From Minisyncoccota bacterium (GTDB lineage Bacteria; Patescibacteriota; Minisyncoccia; Phycocordibacterales; JABAAK01), in contig OY282360.1 of NCBI GenBank assembly GCA_958295675.1, positions 52,133-116,132 of the forward strand: a stretch of DNA of 64,000 bases. Direction: 5' to 3'. The notes under the pieces are model-generated. The model saw only the letters and a program-made list of their open reading frames with translations. It had not been told where the DNA came from and did no database searches. A program made the position numbers and the translations under genes. Of the stretch, positions 20,687 to 31,206 are shown piece by piece (within the stretch, counting starts at the first letter, position 1; each line of letters opens with the position of its first letter).

Positions 20687-21583
20687 TCAATTTTCAGACG
20701 AAACACCTGATTGCAGTGAATTCACAACAGATAGTGCGATATTGATAAATGCGTTACGAGCCCCCTCTGTAGTCGGATCTTGAATATGTTGGAACATTTT
20801 TCCTGTAGTAAGCAGCTTGATCGCATAAAAATAGTTTTCCGCGGTATTGGATGCAACAGCGACATCAAGAGCTTCACAAAGATAGGTTATTCTCTCCAAA
20901 ATAAGATAATACGATTCATATACATCATTCGGCACATTTCTCGGTATAGTTTTCAGTGTAAAATCACATGCCGCTTGAACTCTTTTTGTGTCGGGAGACA
21001 CCGCGGTATTTTTTGCGAAAATCTCAAATACAAGATCGCCTATCGGTTGTTTTTCTTTAGAAAAAGATTGGAGTGCAAGCAGAAACTCACTCAGTACCAT
21101 CTCTCGGGAAACTGTGTTGTCAATATTCAAATGAACACGAGGCAAACCGCGCCGCTCAACCCGTTTCAGAAAATAGTCAGTGGATATATCAACAAATTGA
21201 TCTTTTTCTTCCGGAGAAACCTCAGAACCGTCAATATCACCCAGCAAGAACCTCATTACAATATCCTCAGTGAACTCCCCCGGACCGCCATACAACAATT
21301 CGTTAACGGTTATATTCTTGGTCAAGGCAATATCTTTGTGATACGGAAAAGAAGAGGCATTCAACGGATCGGATTCGGTGATATCTTCAAGCCAATCAGG
21401 AACACCATCACCATCACTGTCTGATTCTGTTGTGTGGGTTTCAAGACGAATACCGTGTTCGTCCAATTGGGATGTTGGCGTAGATTTCGAGAAAAAAATA
21501 ATAAGGAACACTGCGGCAAAAAAGATAAACAGCAACGCGATTCGTTTGCGAACAAGGGGTATGTTTTTAGGAAGTAATCGCAT
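20687..21583 (-). CDS. Membrane-anchored protein with thrombospondin type-3-like Ca-binding motif
   Basis: TM followed by DSDGDGVPDWLE...SDPLN. Confidence 0.75.
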   Translation of the reverse strand: MRLLPKNIPLVRKRIALLFIFFAAVFLIIFFSKSTPTSQLDEHGIRLETHTTESDSDGDGVPDWLEDITESDPLNASSFPYHKDIALTKNITVNELLYGGPGEFTEDIVMRFLLGDIDGSEVSPEEKDQFVDISTDYFLKRVERRGLPRVHLNIDNTVSREMVLSEFLLALQSFSKEKQPIGDLVFEIFAKNTAVSPDTKRVQAACDFTLKTIPRNVPNDVYESYYLILERITYLCEALDVAVASNTAENYFYAIKLLTTGKMFQHIQDPTTEGARNAFINIALSVVNSLQSGVSSEN

Positions 21584-21617
21584 ACCGTACAGCAATCATG
21601 GTACCATAATATGCATA

Positions 21618-22016
21618 ATGATATACTCAATATTCAATAGATTGTCTGCGAAAAAAACTATCGTTGCATTTTTTTGTTTTTTTTGTGTAGCACTGACTCC
21701 AATGACAGTACAGATGCAGGGTGTGTTGGATAATGAAGGCGGGCCGATTTTGGTATCCATTCCGTGCATATCCTCCGGTCCGTTCTTCGGTCCTGCTTTT
21801 TGGACGGTGAAACTTTCGTATCACGGTGTACCAATCCCAAAGACAATAATTTATCCGTGGCTTCCAGGTGCTGTTACAAAAATGTCGTTTCTACCAGCAA
21901 CTGTTGGCACTAAAACACTAGGGCATTCGTTTCCGACTGGTGTTTGTTATGCAGGATATACAGTGTTGACCGGCATGATGAGTGTTCAACACGGTATCGC
22001 GCCTTCCTCTTTGTAA
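21618..22016 (+). CDS. Small secreted hypothetical protein
   Basis: Signal-like FFCFFCVALTP; Gly/Pro/Cys-containing mature part; start assigned from TGGTACCAT -10 box. Confidence 0.55.
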   Translation: MIYSIFNRLSAKKTIVAFFCFFCVALTPMTVQMQGVLDNEGGPILVSIPCISSGPFFGPAFWTVKLSYHGVPIPKTIIYPWLPGAVTKMSFLPATVGTKTLGHSFPTGVCYAGYTVLTGMMSVQHGIAPSSL

Positions 22017-22031
22017 CATATTACATACAGA

Positions 22032-22796
22032 TTAACCTGTTTTTTCGCGCGCGGTATCCAGCCACACAGCAAACGGCACATTCTCAGCACGGGCGGTGCG
22101 GTCAATGCTGTGTGCGGTTAAAATACGCTGTATTTGCGGTTCATTGTCAAATTTTTTAAACACATTCTTCCGTTTTTCATGGAAGGCAATATGTACAATT
22201 CTGAAAAATTCATCTTGAACCTCTTGCGATCGCGTACATATATCCGTTATAGTCACAAGCGCGGAATCTACAGCAGGAGGGGGTGAAAATGCGTTCGGTT
22301 GTATAGTCATGCCGTAGTGTGCTACACCAAAAAATTGCACAGAAAGCGAGAGAATGGATTCCTTGCCGTCTCTTTTTGTGATGCGTTCTGCTATCTCCCT
22401 CTGCACCACCAGTGCCATCGCGTTCGGCGGATGTGAATGTGTGAGCAGATCTCTGATAAGAAATCCGGTAAGGTAGTATGGAATGTTCGCGATAACGACA
22501 TAGGGTGTGTGCTGCACAAAGTCAACCCATCCTTCATCCCGCACATCGCCATGGTGGAGTACAAATGTTCCGTTTGCCACAGCATCAGCAAATCGTTCTT
22601 TCAATACAGAACAGAGTCCGCCATCTTTTTCAATCGCAAAAACTGTCCGTTTCTTCATCAGCAAATATTCCGTTAGTGCCCCCTTGCCGGGCCCAATTTC
22701 AACAATAACAGTATTATTCGGAACCGGCAGTGCGCGAGCGACGGCCTGCAGCACAGTTCGGGATCGCAGAAAATGTTGTCCGAGTTTCTTTCTCAC
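22032..22796 (-). CDS. rsmA: 16S rRNA dimethyltransferase RsmA/KsgA
   Basis: KKLGQHFL, EIGPGKGALT, ANIPYYLT, FSPPPAVDS. Confidence 0.95.
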   Translation of the reverse strand: MRKKLGQHFLRSRTVLQAVARALPVPNNTVIVEIGPGKGALTEYLLMKKRTVFAIEKDGGLCSVLKERFADAVANGTFVLHHGDVRDEGWVDFVQHTPYVVIANIPYYLTGFLIRDLLTHSHPPNAMALVVQREIAERITKRDGKESILSLSVQFFGVAHYGMTIQPNAFSPPPAVDSALVTITDICTRSQEVQDEFFRIVHIAFHEKRKNVFKKFDNEPQIQRILTAHSIDRTARAENVPFAVWLDTAREKTG

Positions 22797-22797
22797 A

Positions 22798-24693
22798 TTA
22801 CCATTGTATATCTTCGGCGCTATTTTCGCCTGTTTCCGTATGATGAGTACTGTTTGCGGTAGGTGTTGTTGTGAGTAAGTGTTCCGGAATGTCGCTCAGG
22901 AAGGAGGACGGGTGCCTATTCTCATACCCTCCGAACACACCTCGCCGTCGCGCGAACGAACAGGACAAGGTGTCTTTCGCACGGGTCATGGCGACATAGC
23001 AAAGCCGTCGCTCTTCCTCCGGATCGTGAGTTGCGAATTCATCGCGCAGGAACGGAAATAATCCTTCTTCCATGCCGGCGATGAAGACATGGGGAAACTC
23101 AAGACCTTTCGCCGCGTGTACGGTCATGAGGCGCACGGTTTGCTTGTTAGTTGTACGCAGGGTGTCCTGATCGCTAACAAGCGCGACTTCTGCTAATAAT
23201 TGCGCGATACCGTCCGTGCCGGACAGGTGTGAAAAACGCTCGGCGAATACGATAAACTCGCGAACTTCATACATACGGTCTTCAGGATTATCAAATGTTT
23301 TGGTTAAATATGTTTTATAATCCAAGAAAGAGACGAGTTCACGCAGTACATGCGCGACCGGATGATGTTGCGCGAGTTCAGTAACCCGAGTGATATCAAA
23401 TCGTAACGCGGCAACTTTTGCTGAAATACCGGCGGACAGCAGGTGTTCCTCTTTGTTAAAAATGCGTTCCAGTGTTCGCGCGCCGATGCCGCGTTTCGGT
23501 GCGTTTGAAGCGCGTACAAACGCTTCCTGTGAAGCGGGATTCTGCACAAGAGTAAGATAAGCCAGTAAATCTTTTATTTCCGCGCGGTCAAAGAATCTTG
23601 CCCCCAACACAGTGTACGGTATGCGATTGGTGATCATGTGTGTTTCAAGGGCGCGCGCCTGAAAATTTACGCGAAATAAGACGGCGATATCACTATATGC
23701 GGCACCTTCGTTGCACAGGCGTATGATTTCCTTGGCGATCAATTCTCCTTCATGCTCTTCATCTTCGGCAGACAGCAGGGTGATAGGCGAGCCATCAGCG
23801 CGGGCGGTCATAAGATTTTTCTCCTGCCTGAAGACATTTTTCATAATAATGGCGTTCGCGGCAGCAAGAATATTGCCGGTTGAACGGTAATTTTGTGTCA
23901 GAAAGACGGTTGTTGCGGGTGCATATCGTTCTGTGAATCCGAGCATATTATGCACGCTCGCTCCTCGCCACGAGTAGATAGTTTGATCAGTGTCTCCGAC
24001 TGCGATAATACGGGTTTTCTCCCCTTTCAATAGCGCAACCAACTGATTCTGCAGGGTGTCGGTGTCCTGAAATTCGTCAACCAGAATGTAGGTGTAACGA
24101 TTCCGGACATGTTCGCGCACACGCGTTTCTTTTTGCAGCAGGGTAACTGTTTTGATAATAAGATCATCAAAATCAAGCGCGTGTTCATTCTGCATGGCAA
24201 GCGTGTATACCGGCAGCAGGTGCTCTGCCGTGTTCATAGTGTCACTTTCATCCTCTGCGGCAAGTCCTGTTTTGAGACGACCTATGGCATGCTGCATGGC
24301 GCGCGGTGTATAGTCGGTTATGCCTTCCTGTTTCATACACCGCTTTATCAGCCGTCGGCATGCATCCCGGTCAAAAATAATAAAATTGTTCGGCACCTTC
24401 GCTTCAACAGGAAATTCACGCAACAGTGACACACAGAACGAATGAAAAGTGCCGACAAACGGCACTTTGCCCGCGGTGAATCGTGCATGAACCCGGCCGC
24501 GCATCTCATCCGCCGCTTTGTTGGTGAATGTCAACGCGAGAACGGTATGTCCCGGTATGCCGTTTTGTAGTAGGCGGATAATTTTTTCCACCAATACATA
24601 TGTTTTTCCGGTACCGGCACCGGCAACAATTAACAATGAAGAGTCATTTGTTGCGATTGCCTTTTGTTGCTCTGTATTGTGTTCTGATTGCAT
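22798..24693 (-). CDS. pcrA: UvrD/PcrA ATP-dependent helicase
   Basis: AGAGTGKT, DEFQD, QNYRS, TVHAAKGLEF, EERRLCYVAMTRA. Confidence 0.93.
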   Translation of the reverse strand: MQSEHNTEQQKAIATNDSSLLIVAGAGTGKTYVLVEKIIRLLQNGIPGHTVLALTFTNKAADEMRGRVHARFTAGKVPFVGTFHSFCVSLLREFPVEAKVPNNFIIFDRDACRRLIKRCMKQEGITDYTPRAMQHAIGRLKTGLAAEDESDTMNTAEHLLPVYTLAMQNEHALDFDDLIIKTVTLLQKETRVREHVRNRYTYILVDEFQDTDTLQNQLVALLKGEKTRIIAVGDTDQTIYSWRGASVHNMLGFTERYAPATTVFLTQNYRSTGNILAAANAIIMKNVFRQEKNLMTARADGSPITLLSAEDEEHEGELIAKEIIRLCNEGAAYSDIAVLFRVNFQARALETHMITNRIPYTVLGARFFDRAEIKDLLAYLTLVQNPASQEAFVRASNAPKRGIGARTLERIFNKEEHLLSAGISAKVAALRFDITRVTELAQHHPVAHVLRELVSFLDYKTYLTKTFDNPEDRMYEVREFIVFAERFSHLSGTDGIAQLLAEVALVSDQDTLRTTNKQTVRLMTVHAAKGLEFPHVFIAGMEEGLFPFLRDEFATHDPEEERRLCYVAMTRAKDTLSCSFARRRGVFGGYENRHPSSFLSDIPEHLLTTTPTANSTHHTETGENSAEDIQW

Positions 24694-24774
24694 AGACAGA
24701 CACAGTATACATATTGTGGATTACTGCTGTTGCGTGAAATAAGTTACATTGGTACAATAACAACATAATTCGTT

Positions 24775-24963
24775 ATGAAAAATTCATCAGGAACAGCCAA
24801 GTCACGGCGAAAACTGACAATGCTGCAGGTCTCTGTGATCATGATAGTAGTACTATTGTTTATTGCATGGAGTGTGAGCAGTATGATTACATACGGCAGC
24901 GACCGTCGTCCAAGTGAGGATTTATTTCTCAATTCACAAACAGTACAGGTAATGCAGGTGTAG
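24775..24963 (+). CDS. Small single-TM hypothetical protein
   Basis: Basic N-terminus plus hydrophobic helix; fills the gap between pcrA and comM. Confidence 0.4.
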   Translation: MKNSSGTAKSRRKLTMLQVSVIMIVVLLFIAWSVSSMITYGSDRRPSEDLFLNSQTVQVMQV

Positions 24964-24967
24964 GCAA

Positions 24968-26509
24968 CTACAAAGATGGCGGCACTCGGTAACTGACCGC
25001 TTCAAAAATATGGTCCGGCAGTATAGATTCACTATTTTCCATATCGGCGATAGTGCGCGCGCATTTCATGGTGCGATGATACCCGCGCGGAGAAAGCGAC
25101 ATTTTTACCGCGGCCTGCTGCAGCACAGATGCCGCTTCTGAAGAGATTGAAATATATTGTTCAATACCATCAGCATCAATTTCGTTATTTAGGTTGATAG
25201 GTGTGCCATCATATCGCTGTCGCTGCGCTTCCCGCGCCTCCCAAACCGCTTGTTTCACAGTATCACAGCGTGCCAAGTCGTCGGTATTCTGTGCCGACCC
25301 AAGCTCCTCAAATCCGGTTGCCTCAACAGAGACCCACACATCAATGCGGTCTACAATCGGACCTGTGAGTTTTTTTCGGTAGGACTGTTTTGTCGCAGGC
25401 GAGCAGGTGCACACCTTGTCTGTTCCGGTGTTGCCGCATGGACACAAGTTGAAAGCGATGACAAGTATACAGGATGCAGGAAAAGTGGCGATACCGCTGG
25501 ATCTGGTGATGGTGATGGAGTGTTCCTCAAGCGGTTCCCTGAGCGATTCTATAACCCGTCGGTCAAATTCGGGAAATTCATCCATAAATAAAACTCCGCG
25601 ATGCGCGAGGGATATTTCTCCGGGTCGTATCACAGTTCCACCGCCGATAACTGAAGTGTGGGATGAGGTGTGATGCGGATTTCTGAAAGGGGGTGTGCCG
25701 ATCGGGTCGGTTACATTTCTAGTGATAGAGTGCAATGCGGTAACTTCCACACACTCATCTTTGGTCAGTGGTGGAAGAATGGAGACAAGGGACCGCGCGA
25801 GCAGGGTTTTTCCGGTGCCGGGAGGTCCGTACAGAGCAATATTATGTCCGCCGGCACCGGCAACCGCAAGCGCCCGTTTCACACTTTCCTGTCCTTTAAT
25901 TGAAGTAAAGTTGATACTGTTTTCTGGCAGTGGAGGTGGTGTATATATGTGTGTAACGGGTTCAATACACTTTTCACCGCTCAAGTGAGTGATGATATCG
26001 CCGAGAGACATGCAGGGAAATATGGTTATACCGTCTATAAGCGCCGCTTCTTCGGCATTTGTTGCGGGAATGTATATTTCCGGAAACCCTTCTTGTTTTG
26101 CATGCTGCAACAGCGGCAGCATACCGACCGCCTTTTCCAGATTTCCATCCAATGTCAGTTCTCCAACAAATAATTTGCCTTCAGGGTTAAAATGAATATT
26201 TTTATTCGCAAGCAGATAGGTGAGTGCTATCGGCACATCAAACAATGTTCCTGTTTTGCGAAGTTCGCCCGGCGAAAGTGAAACAATAACTTTTTGATTA
26301 TTCCGTTCCGGCGGTATGAATCCAGCATGCTTGATCGCGGCGGAAACACGCCCGCGTGCTTCATCAACCGCCTTGTCCGGAAGACCGATGATTGAAAATG
26401 CGTACACACCCGGTGTTATGTCAGCTTCAACTCGGACAGTGCGCGCGGTAAGAGAAACGCGTTGCGCGCTGTATGTGTACGCGTGAAGTTTTTTCCGGTC
26501 GGTCTGCAT
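24968..26509 (-). CDS. comM: ComM/YifB Mg-chelatase-like AAA+ helicase
   Basis: IIGLPDKAV, GPPGTGKT, PFRNPHH, PGEISLAHRGVLFMDEFPEF, CPCG..CTC. Confidence 0.93.
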   Translation of the reverse strand: MQTDRKKLHAYTYSAQRVSLTARTVRVEADITPGVYAFSIIGLPDKAVDEARGRVSAAIKHAGFIPPERNNQKVIVSLSPGELRKTGTLFDVPIALTYLLANKNIHFNPEGKLFVGELTLDGNLEKAVGMLPLLQHAKQEGFPEIYIPATNAEEAALIDGITIFPCMSLGDIITHLSGEKCIEPVTHIYTPPPLPENSINFTSIKGQESVKRALAVAGAGGHNIALYGPPGTGKTLLARSLVSILPPLTKDECVEVTALHSITRNVTDPIGTPPFRNPHHTSSHTSVIGGGTVIRPGEISLAHRGVLFMDEFPEFDRRVIESLREPLEEHSITITRSSGIATFPASCILVIAFNLCPCGNTGTDKVCTCSPATKQSYRKKLTGPIVDRIDVWVSVEATGFEELGSAQNTDDLARCDTVKQAVWEAREAQRQRYDGTPINLNNEIDADGIEQYISISSEAASVLQQAAVKMSLSPRGYHRTMKCARTIADMENSESILPDHIFEAVSYRVPPSL

Positions 26510-26515
26510 AGAGTA

Positions 26516-28423
26516 TTATTGTGCGTTCGCTGAACGAATGCGGTTATTTATCTCCACAATTGCCTCCTCATTGCCGACAATAAACACAAGGATTGAACGG
26601 TTGAAGAAGTAGTACATCAAACGATACTCGCTTTTCGGGTTCTTTAGAATACGCACCTCTTTATTATCTATTAATCTCGTTTCAACAGAGGTGTTTTCCG
26701 TATTCGCGGATTGGATTGTGTTCGGAAATACATTGCTGAACGCGTTCAGCGCGTTCTTTTCCCAGTTGAGCATCCAAACAAGCGCGTCTCCATATCGTTC
26801 CACACCAACAATAAATACACCGTTCGCGCTCGTATTTGTGGTGTAATTGCCGGTGAAATACCAACCGCGCAATGTTTCAAGCAAACCGTTCGGCAGATTC
26901 ATGGTAAACAATCTTGAGAACTCCTCCAATGAGAGCAGAACATTCTGGTCTTCACGAATTGCATAAGGAATAAATTTGCTGATAGTGTATTGCTGACCGG
27001 CATTCCGTGTGATACCGTTCCAATCTTCAATTGCTGTGGTGATATCGACAGCAACCTGCCGCTCACTGATGATAACATCGGAAGATGGTTGTATTTCTTC
27101 CGGGGCAATAATACCGGAAGTTTCATTCGGACGGGTCGCTATAGAAATAATGACCACAACCAGTCCGACCAGAATAAGTAATACAATCAGTATCGCGACA
27201 ACACTTTGTTTCTGTATAATGATATTTTTCGGCGGGTGTACATCATATGACCGCACATCCCGTGTTTCAAATCCCTGTTCGCGTAACCGCTCTTTTTTCT
27301 CAGAAAATTCCTGCCATTTCTTTCGCATACTTTCTTTCTCAATCACCTCCTCTTGTTGTTGCTGCATGATCAGCTGTTCCGCTTCACTAAATGATTCTCG
27401 GCGTTTGCCGACATTGCGCAGCCATGCGAACATACCCGGCTTTTTAGGTAATTGTCCGGCGGTCTCCTGCGGAGCGGTTTCAATAGGGGCTGATGTTTTG
27501 TTTGTCTGAACTATGGATGCACCCAACGGCTGCGCGTTCATGGAAGGTTGTGTCGGTGCGGATTGTTCGGCGGCTGTTTCCGGCAATCGATCTCTTATCT
27601 CATCAACAGTCACAGTGTTCGGTTTTGTGCTTTTTTGTATGCTGTCCGAATCTGAACCATCCGCGACTGCATCGCTTGCGATATTCTGTTTCTCTGCTGC
27701 CGGAAACGGTTCAACATCTTTCATGTAGTCAGCCGCTCCCGCAATGGATTTTGTGATGTGCTCTTTATGTATATCTTGCTCCGTCTGTTCCGGTTTTCCC
27801 GTCTCTTTTTCCTTCCGCGACCATTTTTTCATGAGGTTTCGCTGTTCATCTTTCAGAACAGCGGATTCTTTCATAAGTTCACGCACATTCTGCCGGTATG
27901 TTTCCTGTGCTTTCTTTTTTTCTTCCATCTCGCGAGCAAGCACAGTTCGCAGTTCAGTACCTCCGGTCGTTTTTGCAACCTGCTGACTGTCGCCCCTATA
28001 TGTTCTGAGTGTCGGAATATGGATCACTTTCTTTTTTTCTTCAGGTGCAGCACCCTCTGTACTTGGGGAGGGTTCAGGAAAGCTTTTCGGACCGGATACT
28101 TTTTTTAAAGAACTTTCAGTTTCTACTGTCGGACCATCGGATGCGGATACCGCATGAGAATCAGCGGTACGATGGTCGGGCGGCACCTCATCCGCAATCG
28201 GCGCGTTCATCTGACTTGTATCACCACCTTGTTCTGATGGCGTTTCAGCAGCCACTGATTCAGGCGGTTTCTTTGATGCACCTGCATGTTGTGCGGTCAA
28301 CGCATTGTTTTTTGTCTGTGCGGACTCATTTGATCTCTCCACAGCGGAGTCGTCGGCTTGTTTTGCAGAACCCGGGATATCAAATTCACGCTTTACTATC
28401 TCTTTGTTGTCTTCTTCCTCCAT
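26516..28423 (-). CDS. Large hypothetical membrane protein (disordered acidic N-terminus, one TM, C-terminal globular domain)
   Basis: Long ORF, LRTYRGD motif, single TM. Confidence 0.75.
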   Translation of the reverse strand: MEEEDNKEIVKREFDIPGSAKQADDSAVERSNESAQTKNNALTAQHAGASKKPPESVAAETPSEQGGDTSQMNAPIADEVPPDHRTADSHAVSASDGPTVETESSLKKVSGPKSFPEPSPSTEGAAPEEKKKVIHIPTLRTYRGDSQQVAKTTGGTELRTVLAREMEEKKKAQETYRQNVRELMKESAVLKDEQRNLMKKWSRKEKETGKPEQTEQDIHKEHITKSIAGAADYMKDVEPFPAAEKQNIASDAVADGSDSDSIQKSTKPNTVTVDEIRDRLPETAAEQSAPTQPSMNAQPLGASIVQTNKTSAPIETAPQETAGQLPKKPGMFAWLRNVGKRRESFSEAEQLIMQQQQEEVIEKESMRKKWQEFSEKKERLREQGFETRDVRSYDVHPPKNIIIQKQSVVAILIVLLILVGLVVVIISIATRPNETSGIIAPEEIQPSSDVIISERQVAVDITTAIEDWNGITRNAGQQYTISKFIPYAIREDQNVLLSLEEFSRLFTMNLPNGLLETLRGWYFTGNYTTNTSANGVFIVGVERYGDALVWMLNWEKNALNAFSNVFPNTIQSANTENTSVETRLIDNKEVRILKNPKSEYRLMYYFFNRSILVFIVGNEEAIVEINNRIRSANAQ

Positions 28424-28509
28424 ACCAGTGAATATGATACCTCATTCCGAGCGAAAGAACGGTACAAATAAAATAATTGACGCATGTGATTAGTTGTTCG
28501 GGTTGTATG

Positions 28510-30690
28510 TTAACGCCGCCTGCCTCGTGGCCGTCTTGTTTGTCTCTGTACATTTCCGCTTCGCCCTTTGCGCTGACTTTCTTTCGGTTGTTGTTTGATA
28601 AGCGCGTCAAAGAATGAAGGATCACGATCCTTGATACTCAGAGCAATGCGTCCGTCCGGACGAATTTCTTTTACTATCACAGGTACAGTGTCTCCAACCG
28701 CAACAATATCCTCAAGTGTATTCACCCGGGATGGAGAGAACTCGGAAATATGCACCATGCCGTCCTTGTTTGGTGTCATTTCAACAAACGCGCCGAATTC
28801 AATGATACTTTTAATTTTTCCTTCTAATGTATCTCCAACCTCAAACGAGCGGGTCATATTTGTTATCTGCGTAACAGCCGCAGTGACACAGTCCTTTTTA
28901 CCGCCCACTGTGACGGTGCCGTCATCATCAATATCAATACTATCAACACCGGTGTCAGCGCGCAGCGCTTTAACAGTTTTTCCGCCGGAACCGATTACCA
29001 AACCAATCGTGTCGGGATCAATAGTAACAGTTTGTATGTATGGCGCATACGGAGACATTTCACTTCTCGGTTCGGCAATCGCTTCGGCAATGGTTTCCAG
29101 TATAGTCATGCGTGCAGCACGCCCTTTTTCAAGTGCTTCATCAAGAATGTCCGGCGTAATGCCTTCAACTTTCACATCCATCTGTATCGCGGTAATGCCG
29201 TTTTTAGTGCCGGCAACCTTGAAATCCATATCGCCATAGTGGTCTTCAGGTCCCTGAATATCAGTCAACACCTTGTAGGTGTCACCGTGATGCATTAATC
29301 CGATAGCAATTCCGGCAACAGGTGCTGTGATAGGCACACCGCCATCCATCAGCGCGAGAGTTGAGGCGCACACAGATCCCATAGAAGTGGATCCATTGGA
29401 GGAGAAGCATTCGGAAACCAGCCGCATAGTGTACGGAAAATCATCCTGTGACGGTAGTGTGTAGCGCAGTGCCTTCTCCGCGAGTGCACCGTGTCCGATT
29501 TCTCGACGCCTCGGATTGCCGACCCGTCCGGTCTCACCTGTAGAGAATGGCGGAAAATTGTAGTGGTGCATGAATCGTTCGTTCGCATCCGGATCTTCAA
29601 CAGTGTTCAGTGCCAGCGCATCGCCGGGACTGCCGAGTGTTAATGCGGTGAATATGTGCGTTCCGCCGCGGTAAAAAATACCGGTGCCGTGTAAGCGCGG
29701 AGACACGCCGCCTGCCTGCGCGTACAACTGCCGAACCTCATCAAGAGCGCGACCGTCAACGCGCCGATTGTTTTCTACCGCTTCGGCGTGAATAAGATCA
29801 TCAATTGTTTTTTCAAAGTGCGCCTCGGCAAGCCGCCGTTCGGAAATGTCATCAATATGATCCCGGACAACCGCTCTCCATTCGCGCTCAAGTGTATGCA
29901 CATTCGTTCCCGGGTCAAATAAATTTTCTTTCAGTGTCGGCAGCGCGTGTTCCTTAAACAGGCGTCTGGTGTCGGCAGATATTTCCCGATTAGTAAGAAC
30001 TGTCTTCTCTTTGCCAATTTCTTTAATGATCCCATCTTGAAATTCCTGTAATTGTGTGATGATGGTCAGCGCATCCTTGCTCACCTGCTTCAGGTCTGTT
30101 TCCGGAACCTCTTTCCCCTCCATCTCAACCATGGTGATGCAGTTATCCTTACCGCACAGAAGAAAATGGTCTGTGCAGTCCCTCCCTTCCTCAAACGGTG
30201 TGAACACCTTCCAGTTATTTTTTGTATTGACATAGCGAACAGCAGAAACAGGACCGTTCCACGGAATGGATGAAGTGCCGAGCGCGAGTGATGCCCCAAT
30301 AACGGCAAGGACATCAGGATTATACATACCGAATGACAGCACGGTTGCGATGACCTGCACCTCGTTGCGCAGGTCTTTCGGAAACAGTGGTCGGATGGTG
30401 CGGTCAATGATTCTGGCGTTCAAAGTAGCTTCCTGTGACGGTCTTCCTTCCCGGCGCATAAAACGGCTGCCGAGAATAGCTCCGACAGAATAGAAGCGTT
30501 CCTCAAATTCAACAGATAGTGGAAAGTAGTCCTGAGACGCCTCATGATCTTCCATAACAGCAGTAACAAACACAACAGTATCACCGGCGCTGACCAATAC
30601 GGATCCATGCGCATGTTCCGCCATGTCAGTGAATGATGCGGTAATGGTTGTATCGCCCACGGTTGTCGTAAATTCTTGTTTTTTCTGCAT
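28510..30690 (-). CDS. pnp: Polyribonucleotide nucleotidyltransferase
   Basis: RREGRPS, HYNFPPFSTGE, SNGSTSMGSVC, GDMDFKVAG, KH and S1 domains. Confidence 0.97.
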   Translation of the reverse strand: MQKKQEFTTTVGDTTITASFTDMAEHAHGSVLVSAGDTVVFVTAVMEDHEASQDYFPLSVEFEERFYSVGAILGSRFMRREGRPSQEATLNARIIDRTIRPLFPKDLRNEVQVIATVLSFGMYNPDVLAVIGASLALGTSSIPWNGPVSAVRYVNTKNNWKVFTPFEEGRDCTDHFLLCGKDNCITMVEMEGKEVPETDLKQVSKDALTIITQLQEFQDGIIKEIGKEKTVLTNREISADTRRLFKEHALPTLKENLFDPGTNVHTLEREWRAVVRDHIDDISERRLAEAHFEKTIDDLIHAEAVENNRRVDGRALDEVRQLYAQAGGVSPRLHGTGIFYRGGTHIFTALTLGSPGDALALNTVEDPDANERFMHHYNFPPFSTGETGRVGNPRRREIGHGALAEKALRYTLPSQDDFPYTMRLVSECFSSNGSTSMGSVCASTLALMDGGVPITAPVAGIAIGLMHHGDTYKVLTDIQGPEDHYGDMDFKVAGTKNGITAIQMDVKVEGITPDILDEALEKGRAARMTILETIAEAIAEPRSEMSPYAPYIQTVTIDPDTIGLVIGSGGKTVKALRADTGVDSIDIDDDGTVTVGGKKDCVTAAVTQITNMTRSFEVGDTLEGKIKSIIEFGAFVEMTPNKDGMVHISEFSPSRVNTLEDIVAVGDTVPVIVKEIRPDGRIALSIKDRDPSFFDALIKQQPKESQRKGRSGNVQRQTRRPRGRRR

Positions 30691-30696
30691 AAATCG

Positions 30697-31206
30697 TTAT
30701 CGGGGGCGGATAAGGAATTTTCTTGAAGTAACGCATAAATCAACAAAATCGTCAGCAGTCTCCTGTAGTCGCTGCGAGCAGGTTTTACCGAACGCGATCA
30801 CCTCCACCTGACAGCCGAACTTTTTCACATACTCAAGCGCCGGTACAAAATCACCATCACCGGAAACCAATGCAATCACATCAAGTTTGGGCGCCAGCCC
30901 AATCATGTCAATCGCCAATCCGACATCCCAATCGGCTTTCTTTGCATTATCACTGAATATTTGTAAATCTTTGCTTCTTGTTTCAATACCCATATTTACT
31001 AACGCCTCAAGAAACCCGGTTTCCTCCCCGCTCTCAGTGCGGATAACATACGCGATAGCGCGTATAAGGGTGCGGTCGGATACGATTGTTTTCACAACCG
31101 ACTCAAAATTAACCCGCGAATCATAAAGATTTTTCGCGCTGTGATATAAATTTTGAACATCAAGAAAAACACCGACCCGCTGGTTTGGGTGCTTAATAAC
31201 TGTCAT
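30697..31206 (-). CDS. NYN domain (PIN-like) protein
   Basis: FLDVQNLYH, KADWDVGLAID, LVSGDGDF. Confidence 0.9.
   Translation of the reverse strand: MTVIKHPNQRVGVFLDVQNLYHSAKNLYDSRVNFESVVKTIVSDRTLIRAIAYVIRTESGEETGFLEALVNMGIETRSKDLQIFSDNAKKADWDVGLAIDMIGLAPKLDVIALVSGDGDFVPALEYVKKFGCQVEVIAFGKTCSQRLQETADDFVDLCVTSRKFLIRPR

Noticed and set aside
19747-20745. 332-aa plus-strand ORF
   Set aside because: Antisense shadow of the Cys-repeat gene
7580-21583. Integrative conjugative element
   Set aside because: No relaxase, integrase, boundary repeats or compositional shift visible
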